Shown: piece after piece, positions 29,501-37,709 of the stretch
How the letters are laid out: every line of letters begins with the position of its first letter
Numbering within the stretch: the first letter of the stretch is position 1
Assembly: GCA_964567885.1 (NCBI GenBank)
Contig: CAZMOD010000001.1
Span: 13,900 to 77,899 of the forward strand
Length of the DNA stretch: 64,000 nucleotides
Direction: 5' to 3'
Origin: an uncultured Christensenella sp.
Lineage (GTDB): Bacteria > Bacillota > Clostridia > Christensenellales > Borkfalkiaceae
Notes under the pieces: generated by a model
What the model saw: the letters and a program-made list of their open reading frames with translations, nothing else
The model's database searches: none
Told to the model about the DNA's origin: nothing
Position numbers and translations under genes: made by a program

Positions 29501-30143
29501 AATCGCACCGTCGATTTTATCCGCCGATTTTTCTAAAATGGGCGAGGAAGTTGAAAATTTGCAAGATTTTGGTGCAGATATTATTCACTGCGACGTTATG
29601 GACGGCGTTTTCGTGCCAAATATAACCTTCGGCATCAAAATGGTTGCCGATATTAAAAAGCGCGCTAAAATTCCGCTCGATTGTCATTTGATGATAGTAA
29701 ACCCCGAAAAGTACGTCGAGGCTTTTGTAAATGCGGGCGCAGACTATGTAACCGTTCATTACGAGGCGTGCACGGATAATTTATTTAGCGTTTTAACCCG
29801 AATAAAAAACGCCGGCGCTAAATGCGGCGTCGCTATAAATCCCGATACCGCACCCGATAAAATCGCGGAGGTTATTCCGTATTGCGACATGGTTTTGGTG
29901 ATGAGCGTTTTCCCGGGGTTCGGCGGGCAAAAATTTATCGAGAGTTCGCTACGAAGCGTTGCTTTCGTTAAAAAGATTGCACAAGAGAAAAATCTCGATA
30001 TCTTAATCGAGGTTGACGGCGGAATAAATTTCGATACGGTAAAATCGGCGAAAGACGCGGGTGCTAACGTCATCGTCGCGGGAAGCGGAATTTTTTCCGA
30101 AAAAGATAGAAAAGAGGCTATTTACAAATTAAGAACTATATAG
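29481..30143 (+). CDS. rpe: Ribulose-phosphate 3-epimerase
   Basis: 220 aa with IAPSILSADF, HCDVMDG and GFGGQKF. Confidence 0.95.
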   Translation: MKNANIKIAPSILSADFSKMGEEVENLQDFGADIIHCDVMDGVFVPNITFGIKMVADIKKRAKIPLDCHLMIVNPEKYVEAFVNAGADYVTVHYEACTDNLFSVLTRIKNAGAKCGVAINPDTAPDKIAEVIPYCDMVLVMSVFPGFGGQKFIESSLRSVAFVKKIAQEKNLDILIEVDGGINFDTVKSAKDAGANVIVAGSGIFSEKDRKEAIYKLRTI

Positions 30144-30152
30144 TCTTATAAC

Positions 30153-30189
30153 GAAAATTACCGTTGCGAAAAACGCAACGGTAATTTTC
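30153..30189. terminator. Long perfect hairpin between convergent rpe and rpmB (probable bidirectional terminator)
   Basis: 16-bp perfect stem GAAAATTACCGTTGCG / CGCAACGGTAATTTTC with an A5 loop. There is no free U-tract beyond the stem, so efficiency is uncertain. Confidence 0.6.
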
Positions 30190-30232
30190 AAATTAAAATG
30201 GTCGACAAATAAACGCCGACCTAAATTAAATA

Positions 30233-30421
30233 TTAAGCTCTTTCAACGCCTTTGCTCTTTAAGCAACGGGTACAAACGTATTCAGAGGAAACGACGCCGT
30301 TTTTAACGATTTTAACCTTCTGAACGTTTGCATTGTAGGAGCGTGGTGTTTTGCGGTTACTGTGACTAACTAAGTTACCACTAAGTTTACCTTTACCGCA
30401 TACGCTGCAAACTCTCGACAT
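30233..30421 (-). CDS. rpmB: 50S ribosomal protein L28
   Basis: MSRVCSVCGKGKLSGNLVSHSNRKTPR... with GGAGGTG RBS. The tracked start at 30439 is too long. Confidence 0.95.
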   Translation of the reverse strand: MSRVCSVCGKGKLSGNLVSHSNRKTPRSYNANVQKVKIVKNGVVSSEYVCTRCLKSKGVERA

Positions 30422-30460
30422 AAATAACACCTCCAACACGTTTTAGAATTTAGCCTAATA

Positions 30461-30489
30461 AATATAACATTTATACAAACAAAAATCAA
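30461..30489 (-). promoter_or_regulatory. Candidate rpmB promoter
   Basis: Minus strand reads TTGATT - 17 nt - TATATT. Confidence 0.5.
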
Positions 30490-30591
30490 CTTATTTTAAT
30501 CGGTTTTCGAAGATATTTATAAAATTTTTTTAAATTTATGCCTATAAAAGGTACGATTTCGCGTAAATAAATAAAAACGGTTGAAAATTTG

Positions 30592-30620
30592 TTGCAAAAG
30601 AAACCGTTTTGTTGTAAAAT
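30592..30620 (+). promoter_or_regulatory. Candidate promoter for asp23-yloV-recG
   Basis: TTGCAA - 17 nt - TAAAAT, 27 nt upstream of the asp23 ATG, which has an AAGGAG RBS. Confidence 0.55.
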
Positions 30621-30647
30621 ATAACTACTTATAAAGGAGTATCCGCT

Positions 30648-30998
30648 ATGTCTGTAAGCACAACAAATATCTACGGTCAAATTTTAATATCTGAGGAAGC
30701 CATTGCAAAAGTTGCATCGCATACCGCTTTAGATTGTTACGGCATAGTTGAACTTGTATCGAAAGGCGTTAAAGATTCCATTAACGGATTGTTCTCAAAA
30801 AGTCAAAGGGTTAACGGCACTAAAGTCGTTACTAAGGGCGATAAAATTTTTATCGATATTTGCGTCATTATTAAATTCGGCGTATCCTTGTCCGCCGTTG
30901 CGGAAACTTTAAAACTTTCGGTTAAATACAACGTTGAAAAATTCACGGGTATGGTAGTCGATACCGTAAACGTCAACATTGTAGGGGTTAAGTTGTAA
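30648..30998 (+). CDS. Asp23/Gls24 family envelope-stress protein
   Basis: 116 aa. ISEEAIAKVASHTALDCYGIV... and position ahead of the DAK2/YloV gene. Confidence 0.9.
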   Translation: MSVSTTNIYGQILISEEAIAKVASHTALDCYGIVELVSKGVKDSINGLFSKSQRVNGTKVVTKGDKIFIDICVIIKFGVSLSAVAETLKLSVKYNVEKFTGMVVDTVNVNIVGVKL

Positions 30999-31004
30999 TA
31001 AACC

Positions 31005-31053
31005 AAACCTTTAAGTTCAAACTACGTTACCGTTTGACTTATATTAAAGGTTT
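31005..31053 (+). other. Nested imperfect hairpin in the asp23-yloV spacer (no U-tract)
   Basis: Outer 10-bp stem AAACCTTTAA / TTAAAGGTTT encloses inner TCAAAC / GTTTGA. Confidence 0.4.
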
Positions 31054-31088
31054 CCCCAAAAATAATTTCTATATTTTGAAGGATTCAT

Positions 31089-32723
31089 ATGTTAAAAACG
31101 ATAAACGGCGCGACTTTTGCAAAAATGATTGTCAACGCCTCCAAATTATTAGATAGTAACAGGGCTAAGATTGACGCTCTGAACGTTTTCCCCGTGCCTG
31201 ACGGCGATACGGGTACCAATATGTGCGCTACTTTAAGTTCCGCCGTTAAGGAATTAAAAGGTTGCCACAGTAACCGCACTTCGGATATTTGCGATACCGT
31301 GTCCCGCGCGACTTTACGCGGCGCAAGGGGGAATTCCGGCGTTATAACCTCTCAAATCATTAAGGGGCTTTGTAAGAGTTTTAGAGAACTCGACGCAATT
31401 ACCGTTAAGGATTTTGCAAAAGGTATGAAAGTTGCTACCGACACCGCGTACGCGGCGGTCAACAAACCTAAGGAAGGAACTATTTTAACCGTTTGCAGAT
31501 TGATGAGTGTAAGCGCTTCCGCTCAAAAAACCAAAGATTTTTTGGAATTTTTTACTAATATAATCGATGCGGGCGAAGCGGCGCTTGCGTCTACGCCGGA
31601 TTTATTACCCGTTTTAAAGAAAGCGGGCGTAGTCGACTCGGGCGGTATGGGTCTCGTTACCATCTTTAAGGGTATGGATAAGGCTCTTCGCGGGGAGGAA
31701 ATCGAGGACGTAGAAGAAGACGAAGTCGAAAAGAAAGAGGAAGTTAAAAAGGACGACCATATCGCGCCCGATTTAACCAATTTAAGTAGCATTCAGTTTG
31801 CTTATTGTACCGAATTTTTCATTACCAACCTTAAAAAGAAAACTACTTTAGCCGATATAGATAGATTAGGCGAAACCTTAAACGGCATAGGCGATTCGGT
31901 TATTTGCGTAGGTGATTTAGAACTCGTTAAAGTTCACGTTCACACTAACTCGCCAGGTATTGCTTTAACCAAGGCTTTGCAACTCGGTGAACTAGATAAA
32001 GTTAAAATCGAAAATATGTTGGAACAAAACCGCGCGCTTCAACGTAAGTACGAATCCGAAAGAAAGCCTATCGGTCTTATTTCGGTTGCGCAAGGCGACG
32101 GTTTAGCGGCAATGTTTAAAGAACTTAATTGCGATAAGGTTATAGAAGGCGGTCAAACGATGAACCCGAGCGCGAGCGATATAGCCGACGCTATTGTTCA
32201 AGTCAATGCCGCAACGGTTTTCGTGTTCCCCAACAATAAAAACATTATTTTAGCCGCGGAACAAAGCAAATCTTTAGTCGAAGGTAGAAAAATCGTAGTC
32301 GTTCCCACCAAAAACATTCCTCAGGGTTTAGCGGCGGCGATGGCGTACGATCCCGAAGCCCCCGCGGACGAAAACCTTATGAATATGTTGCACGCCATAG
32401 ACAACGTTTCCGACGGGCAAGTAACTTACGCCGTAAGAAATACCACAGTCGGCGGATTTAACCTTAAAAAGGGCGATTTTATCGGCTTAAACAGCAAGCG
32501 TATTTTGTCTAAAGGTACTACGATGAGTGCGGCTACGTTGAAACTTATCGAAAAATTAAAAGACAAAAACCACTCTTTAATCAATATATATTACGGCGCC
32601 GACGTAAAAGAGCAGGACGCAATGATGTTACGGCAAGAAGTCGAAGCAGAGTATCCCGACTGCGACGTCGAATGCTATTACGGCGGTCAAGCGGTTTACT
32701 ATTACATTTTATCTTTAGAATAA
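31089..32723 (+). CDS. DAK2 domain fusion protein YloV
   Basis: 544 aa. DAK2 motif DGDTGTNM and a DegV-like C-terminal half. Conserved position between asp23 and recG. Confidence 0.92.
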   Translation: MLKTINGATFAKMIVNASKLLDSNRAKIDALNVFPVPDGDTGTNMCATLSSAVKELKGCHSNRTSDICDTVSRATLRGARGNSGVITSQIIKGLCKSFRELDAITVKDFAKGMKVATDTAYAAVNKPKEGTILTVCRLMSVSASAQKTKDFLEFFTNIIDAGEAALASTPDLLPVLKKAGVVDSGGMGLVTIFKGMDKALRGEEIEDVEEDEVEKKEEVKKDDHIAPDLTNLSSIQFAYCTEFFITNLKKKTTLADIDRLGETLNGIGDSVICVGDLELVKVHVHTNSPGIALTKALQLGELDKVKIENMLEQNRALQRKYESERKPIGLISVAQGDGLAAMFKELNCDKVIEGGQTMNPSASDIADAIVQVNAATVFVFPNNKNIILAAEQSKSLVEGRKIVVVPTKNIPQGLAAAMAYDPEAPADENLMNMLHAIDNVSDGQVTYAVRNTTVGGFNLKKGDFIGLNSKRILSKGTTMSAATLKLIEKLKDKNHSLINIYYGADVKEQDAMMLRQEVEAEYPDCDVECYYGGQAVYYYILSLE

Positions 32724-32730
32724 TTTTTTC

Positions 32731-32759
32731 GGGAAAAACTGCAAAGTTTTTCCCTTTTT
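32731..32759 (+). terminator. Terminator-like hairpin ending 3 nt before the recG ATG
   Basis: 10-bp perfect stem GGGAAAAACT / AGTTTTTCCC, GCAA loop, then T5. Confidence 0.65.
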
Positions 32760-32762
32760 CGT

Positions 32763-34775
32763 ATGGAACTGAAATTCATTAAGGGGTTATCCGAAAAAAG
32801 AATAACCGATCTCAATTCAATGGGAATATACTCCGCGGAAGATCTTTTGCGGCATTTTCCACGTAATTATTTAGATATGAGAAAACAAGTTGACTTATTA
32901 GAGGCGCAGAACAACGATTTTGCCCTCGTTAAGGCGACCGTTATCGCTATACCTAATTACGTACCGCAAAAAGGACGTTATACCTTTTTTAAAGTAACTT
33001 GCGTTTCGGACGGTGAACCTTTTAATATCGTTTGGTTTAACCAACCTTATATAAAAAGTAAGCTAAAAGAAGGGGAAACGTATTTATTCTACGGCAGAAT
33101 AAGAAATCGTTTCGGAGTTATTTCGATGTCAAATCCGACGTTTGAAAACTTCGATAACAATCTTTCGTTAAAGGGAATCGTTCCCGTATATTCGTTAAAA
33201 GGCAATCTAACGCAAAAAGTTATTCGTTCTGCAATAGCCGACGCGTTAAATAAGGTAAATTTTTCGTCGGTAATATCTTACGAAAGTTTGAATTTATACG
33301 GCTTGGGCGACTTAAATGAAGCGTATAGAACGGTTCACGATCCCTCTACTTTTGAAAATTTGCATAAGGCGAGCGAAAGAATCGCCGTAGAAGAATATTA
33401 TATTTTAATTTCCGCTTTTAAGTTTATAAAAGGCGACAAAAAGCAAGTAAGATTTAATCGGTACACGACTACTGCAAAAGACCTAAACGAATTTTCAAAA
33501 AGATTTCAATTTGAATTTACCGACGGACAGAAGGAAGCCGTCAACGATATATATAAAGACCTTAAAAAGCCTACCGTTATGAATAGGCTTTTGCAAGGGG
33601 ACGTTGGTTCAGGAAAAACCGCGGTGTCTTTATGTGCAATTTACGCCGCGTTAAATAGCGGATATCAAGCGGCTTTTTTAGCACCGACCGAGGTTTTGGC
33701 TAAACAAAACTACGCGCTTATACAAAAATATTTGCCGGAATTTTCCGCAGGATTTTTAAGCGGTTCTTTAACCGTGAAAGAAAAAAATCTAGTTAAAGAA
33801 AAAATTTGCAACGGAGAATATCGAATTATAGTCGGCACGCACGCGATTTTAGAAAAAGACGTGGTATTTAAAAACCTTGCGTTATGCGTTTGCGACGAGC
33901 AGCAACGTTTCGGCGTCGCGCAAAGAAACGGGTTAGTAGAAAAAGGCGTAAAACCCGACGTTTTGATTATGAGCGCCACGCCGATACCTCGTACTTTATC
34001 TTTGATTTTTTACGGCGATTTAGACATTTCGACTATAAAAGATAAACCGGTTGCTCGTGCCGAGGTTCAAACCAACGTGGTTCCGCGTACTAAATACGAG
34101 GCTATGCTTGGTTTTATCGATAATGAAATAGATAACGGCAGACAAGTTTATTTCGTTTGTCCAAAGATAGAAGGCGACGACGAGGGCTCGACGCTTTCCG
34201 TAACTGAATTACACGAAGAACTTTGTAGAAAACTCCCCAACAGGAAGTTTGAACTGTTGCACGGGAAAATGAAGGATAACAAAAAGGCTGAAATTATGCT
34301 TGATTTTAAAGCGGGCAAAATTGACGGTATAGTTTCAACCACCGTAATAGAGGTCGGTATCGACATACCCAACGCAACCGTAATGTGTATTTTTGGCGCC
34401 GATAGATTCGGTCTTTCTCAACTTCATCAATTAAGGGGGCGCGTAGGAAGGTCTAACTTAAAAAGTTACTGTTTTTTACTTTCCGATAACGCTAGCGACA
34501 CGGCTATTTCACGCCTTACCGCGTTAAAAGAAAATTCCGACGGTTTTAAAATTACCGAAATAGACTATACCGAAAGAGGCGCGGGCGACTTTTTAGGTAC
34601 CCGTCAAAGCGGTAAATTAACCACTGATTTAGGTTCGCTTAAATATACCGCCGAAGCAATTTTTTTGGCAAAGAAATTATCCGACGACGCTTTTGCAACT
34701 GGTGATAATATAATAATGCTAAAATCGGTCGCTCTTAAAAAATACGAGAAGTTAAAAGACGTCGCTTTAAACTAA
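32763..34775 (+). CDS. recG: ATP-dependent DNA helicase RecG
   Basis: 670 aa. LLRHFPRNY wedge N-terminus, GDVGSGKT, DEQQRFGV. Confidence 0.95.
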   Translation: MELKFIKGLSEKRITDLNSMGIYSAEDLLRHFPRNYLDMRKQVDLLEAQNNDFALVKATVIAIPNYVPQKGRYTFFKVTCVSDGEPFNIVWFNQPYIKSKLKEGETYLFYGRIRNRFGVISMSNPTFENFDNNLSLKGIVPVYSLKGNLTQKVIRSAIADALNKVNFSSVISYESLNLYGLGDLNEAYRTVHDPSTFENLHKASERIAVEEYYILISAFKFIKGDKKQVRFNRYTTTAKDLNEFSKRFQFEFTDGQKEAVNDIYKDLKKPTVMNRLLQGDVGSGKTAVSLCAIYAALNSGYQAAFLAPTEVLAKQNYALIQKYLPEFSAGFLSGSLTVKEKNLVKEKICNGEYRIIVGTHAILEKDVVFKNLALCVCDEQQRFGVAQRNGLVEKGVKPDVLIMSATPIPRTLSLIFYGDLDISTIKDKPVARAEVQTNVVPRTKYEAMLGFIDNEIDNGRQVYFVCPKIEGDDEGSTLSVTELHEELCRKLPNRKFELLHGKMKDNKKAEIMLDFKAGKIDGIVSTTVIEVGIDIPNATVMCIFGADRFGLSQLHQLRGRVGRSNLKSYCFLLSDNASDTAISRLTALKENSDGFKITEIDYTERGAGDFLGTRQSGKLTTDLGSLKYTAEAIFLAKKLSDDAFATGDNIIMLKSVALKKYEKLKDVALN

Positions 34776-34801
34776 GAGTTGAAATATTTTTTAATTATAT
34801 T

Positions 34802-34833
34802 AAAAAACGCAAGGTTTTTCCTTGTGTTTTTTC
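34802..34833 (+). terminator. Rho-independent terminator after recG
   Basis: ACGCAAGG / CCTTGTGT stem (one G-U pair), T5 loop, T6 tail, A-tract upstream. Confidence 0.8.
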
Positions 34834-34913
34834 TTAAAGCAGTCTATAATAGTAACAATAAATAAGAGGGCGATACGCTCGATAGTTTTTATACGATTTT
34901 ATAGGAAGTCCAA

Positions 34914-35795
34914 ATGAAAAGTTCCTTGAATATAAAAGATTTGCTTAAAGAATACTCCGTCAGTTTCGTCGCGGGTTTTTTGGTTGCTTTCGGGCTATAT
35001 TATTTTACTCAATTTAACGATTTCGTTCCGGGTGGAATAGGGGGCGTATCATTTATTTTATCGTGGGAACTTCAGAAAGTGCACGAAGTGTTTTCTAATC
35101 CCGGTATTTTTATATTCGCGCTAAACATTCCGCTTTGCGTTTTAATATCGATTTTCGTCGATAGAAAACTCGGTTTTAACATTGCGTTTTACGTAATAAT
35201 TCAAACGGTATTTATGTTCGTTTTCAAAGCGATACCGAATTTTTATTTTAAAGCAACCGAGGGAACTTTAATTTTCGCTGCGATAGGCGCAGGCGTTATA
35301 ACCGGGCTCGGCTACGGGCTTCAAGTAAGATATAACGGCTCTTCCGGCGGAACTTATTCTATATCGGCGCTTATAAAACATTGGCATCCGGCGGCAAATA
35401 TGCCTCAATTATCTTTTTTGATGGACACTAGCGTCGTTTTACTCGTTTTCTTCATCCAAAAAGGCAGCGTTGCGTATACTATTGCGACTATTTTAAACGT
35501 ATTTATTTCAAACGTCGTCGTAGAATACTGCTTGCAAGGCTCTAAATCGGGCTACAAGTTTGAAATTATTACCGATACCCCGGAAGAACTTTCCGAGGAA
35601 ATAATGACCACCTTAAAACACGGCGTTACCGAACTTAACGTTCAAGGTATGTATACCCATAAAAACAGGTATATGATAGTTTGTATCGTACGTAAGCGTG
35701 AATTAAGCAAAATGATGAAGATACTTAAAAAGTATAAAGGCAGTTTTACTTCCTTTGTCAAAGTAAACGAGGTTATAGGAAACTTTAAAAAATAA
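34914..35795 (+). CDS. YitT family membrane protein (DUF2179 C-terminal domain)
   Basis: 293 aa with 5-6 hydrophobic helices. C-terminal soluble domain (ITDTPEELSEEIMTTLKHGVTELNVQGMYT) is typical of YitT/DUF2179. Confidence 0.85.
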   Translation: MKSSLNIKDLLKEYSVSFVAGFLVAFGLYYFTQFNDFVPGGIGGVSFILSWELQKVHEVFSNPGIFIFALNIPLCVLISIFVDRKLGFNIAFYVIIQTVFMFVFKAIPNFYFKATEGTLIFAAIGAGVITGLGYGLQVRYNGSSGGTYSISALIKHWHPAANMPQLSFLMDTSVVLLVFFIQKGSVAYTIATILNVFISNVVVEYCLQGSKSGYKFEIITDTPEELSEEIMTTLKHGVTELNVQGMYTHKNRYMIVCIVRKRELSKMMKILKKYKGSFTSFVKVNEVIGNFKK

Positions 35796-35797
35796 TT

Positions 35798-35828
35798 TAA
35801 GCCCTACGAAACGGTAGGGCTTTTCTTT
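35798..35828. terminator. Bidirectional terminator between yitT-like gene and rqcH
   Basis: 9-bp stem AAGCCCTAC / GTAGGGCTT followed by TTTCTTTT. A/T-rich on the other side too. Confidence 0.8.
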
Positions 35829-35857
35829 TAGAGTTTGAGGTTTTTACTTCTTCGTGA

Positions 35858-37558
35858 TTATAAATGCGCGTTTGGCGTAACTAAAATCGTTTTATTGTCG
35901 GTGTAGTAAACCATACCGAGTGGCAACCCCGCGGGGCGTTTTACGTACTTTTTAAGCGTGTAGTCGACGGGAACCTTATCCGATTTAGACGCTTTACTGT
36001 AAAACGCGCAAATTTCGGCGGCGTATAACAGTACGTCGTCGGGGACTAAGCGCCCTTCCGTTTTTATTATAACGTGCGCTGAGTGGTAATCTTTGGTATG
36101 TAACCACAAGTCGTTTCTTTCGGCTGACGAGGTAAGGCGAGTGTTTTGTAAATTGTTTCTTCCGACTAAGATAATAAAACCTTTATAGCAATAAGTGCGA
36201 TACGTCGATTTAGCTTCCTTCTTTTTGTCTGACTTTTTAACGGTTTTTAAAATTCCCGCTTGAATAAGTTCTTCTTCAACGTCCGTAAAGTCTTGCATAC
36301 TTTGGCATAAATCGATTTCATCGTACAAGGATTGCAAGTATTTTAAATTTTCCTCTAATTCCTTAATTTGAGGTTCGACCGACGCGACGGTCTTTTTTTC
36401 TTTATTGTACTTTTTAAAATATCTTTCGGCGTTCTCCTTTGGACTAAGTTTTTCGTCCAAGGGGATTTTTACCGTTTGGTAATCGGGTGAATAATAATTT
36501 TCAAGTTCGACTTCTTTTAAGCCGTTTTTAATGCGGTAGAGATTGGAAATTATAAGTTCGCCGTAAATCCTGTCGTTTTGCATATTTTTGCACGCAAGAA
36601 TTTTTTCGAGGGCGATTTGGTATTTCTTTTTAACCTTTTTATCCGCGGCGTTTATTACCGAAAGCAATTTGCGCTTTTTATCCCCGAAAGCGCGCGTACT
36701 TTCTTTTTTATCGAAATATAAGTCTATGGTTTTGAGTAAATCGTCGTAGTATTTTTTGTTTTCGTTAACGCTTTTATAGTCTGTGATGAAAAAGTCGTTT
36801 ATATCGTTTGACGAAACGACGTTCGGTAAATAATTACGAGTTTCGTAAAAATTTACAAAATGCTTGTAAAAATCAATAATATTGCAATTTTTTACGTCTT
36901 GAATAGATGGCTCGCTACTTCCGAAAAACCTATATACTACTTCGTTTGCTGTAAGCCTTGACAACCCTTTAAACGTCGTAAATATATACTTTGAAAAGTC
37001 ACCGCCTTGGTAAGAATTCAAAGCGGATAAAGAGGCTTCTTTATTAGATAGTTCGACTTTATCTTGCGGCGCGGGGAGTTTATAACTAACCCCCGGAAAA
37101 ATCGGACGCAAACCTTCTAAACTTTGCGATTGTTTTATAGCACCTAAAATTTTATCGTTTTCGGTTAGCGTAATATTTGAATACTTACCCATTATTTCCG
37201 CATATAAAACTTTAACGCCCGCTTCACGCATTTCGTTTTTAGTATTGAAGGTTATCTTTATAATACGCTCGTAAGGCACGGCTTCAACGCAGTCGACCGT
37301 GGCGTGAATAAGATATTTTCTTAAAAGCATACAAAAACTCGGCGCTTGGTAGGGCGCTTCTTTTTGTAAATCGGTAAACGCAACTCTTGCGTTTTCGGCG
37401 TTTGCCGAGATTACGAGTTTTTCGTTTTTATTTAAAGTACGAACCGAAAACGTAACCGTGTCCGAGGTCGGTTGATTGATTTTGTCTATTCTCGCGCCTT
37501 TTAACCTATTATTAAGTTCTAACGCGGTATGGTAGATTGTAAACGCGTCTTGCGGCAT
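35858..37558 (-). CDS. rqcH: NFACT-family ribosome quality-control protein RqcH (FbpA-like)
   Basis: 566 aa. N-terminal NFACT-N (FTIYHTALELNNRLKGARIDKINQP), central coiled coil, C-terminal NFACT-R/DUF814 (DLWLHTKDYHSAHVII). Confidence 0.9.
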   Translation of the reverse strand: MPQDAFTIYHTALELNNRLKGARIDKINQPTSDTVTFSVRTLNKNEKLVISANAENARVAFTDLQKEAPYQAPSFCMLLRKYLIHATVDCVEAVPYERIIKITFNTKNEMREAGVKVLYAEIMGKYSNITLTENDKILGAIKQSQSLEGLRPIFPGVSYKLPAPQDKVELSNKEASLSALNSYQGGDFSKYIFTTFKGLSRLTANEVVYRFFGSSEPSIQDVKNCNIIDFYKHFVNFYETRNYLPNVVSSNDINDFFITDYKSVNENKKYYDDLLKTIDLYFDKKESTRAFGDKKRKLLSVINAADKKVKKKYQIALEKILACKNMQNDRIYGELIISNLYRIKNGLKEVELENYYSPDYQTVKIPLDEKLSPKENAERYFKKYNKEKKTVASVEPQIKELEENLKYLQSLYDEIDLCQSMQDFTDVEEELIQAGILKTVKKSDKKKEAKSTYRTYCYKGFIILVGRNNLQNTRLTSSAERNDLWLHTKDYHSAHVIIKTEGRLVPDDVLLYAAEICAFYSKASKSDKVPVDYTLKKYVKRPAGLPLGMVYYTDNKTILVTPNAHL

Positions 37559-37590
37559 AATTTCACCTTAAAAAAATTCTTTACGCAAAT

Positions 37591-37618
37591 ATTATACTAA
37601 AAATAAATATATTTGCAA
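37591..37618 (-). promoter_or_regulatory. Candidate rqcH promoter
   Basis: Minus strand reads TTGCAA - 16 nt - TATAAT. AAGGTGA RBS lies downstream. Confidence 0.5.
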
Positions 37619-37626
37619 ATATTTGC
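37615..37626. repeat. 12-bp perfect palindrome GCAAATATTTGC overlapping the rqcH -35; a GCAAATATT half-copy lies at 37585..37593
   Basis: Read directly from the sequence. The copies start 30 bp apart in the rqcH/tig divergent region. Confidence 0.5.
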
Positions 37627-37635
37627 GCCAAAAAC

Positions 37636-37664
37636 TTTACAATATTTTTTAATTTTGTTAAAAT
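37636..37664 (+). promoter_or_regulatory. Extended -10 promoter for tig
   Basis: TTTACA - 17 nt - TAAAAT with TGt immediately upstream of the -10. Confidence 0.6.
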
Positions 37665-37709
37665 AGTACGGATAAAAATAAAAAAGTTTAAATTTTAGAG
37701 GTATTTTTT

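Noticed and set aside
30486-30680. 64-aa minus-strand ORF in the rpmB/asp23 divergent region
   Set aside because: It has a TTG start inside asp23 and no RBS. It spans two predicted promoters, so it is most likely non-coding.
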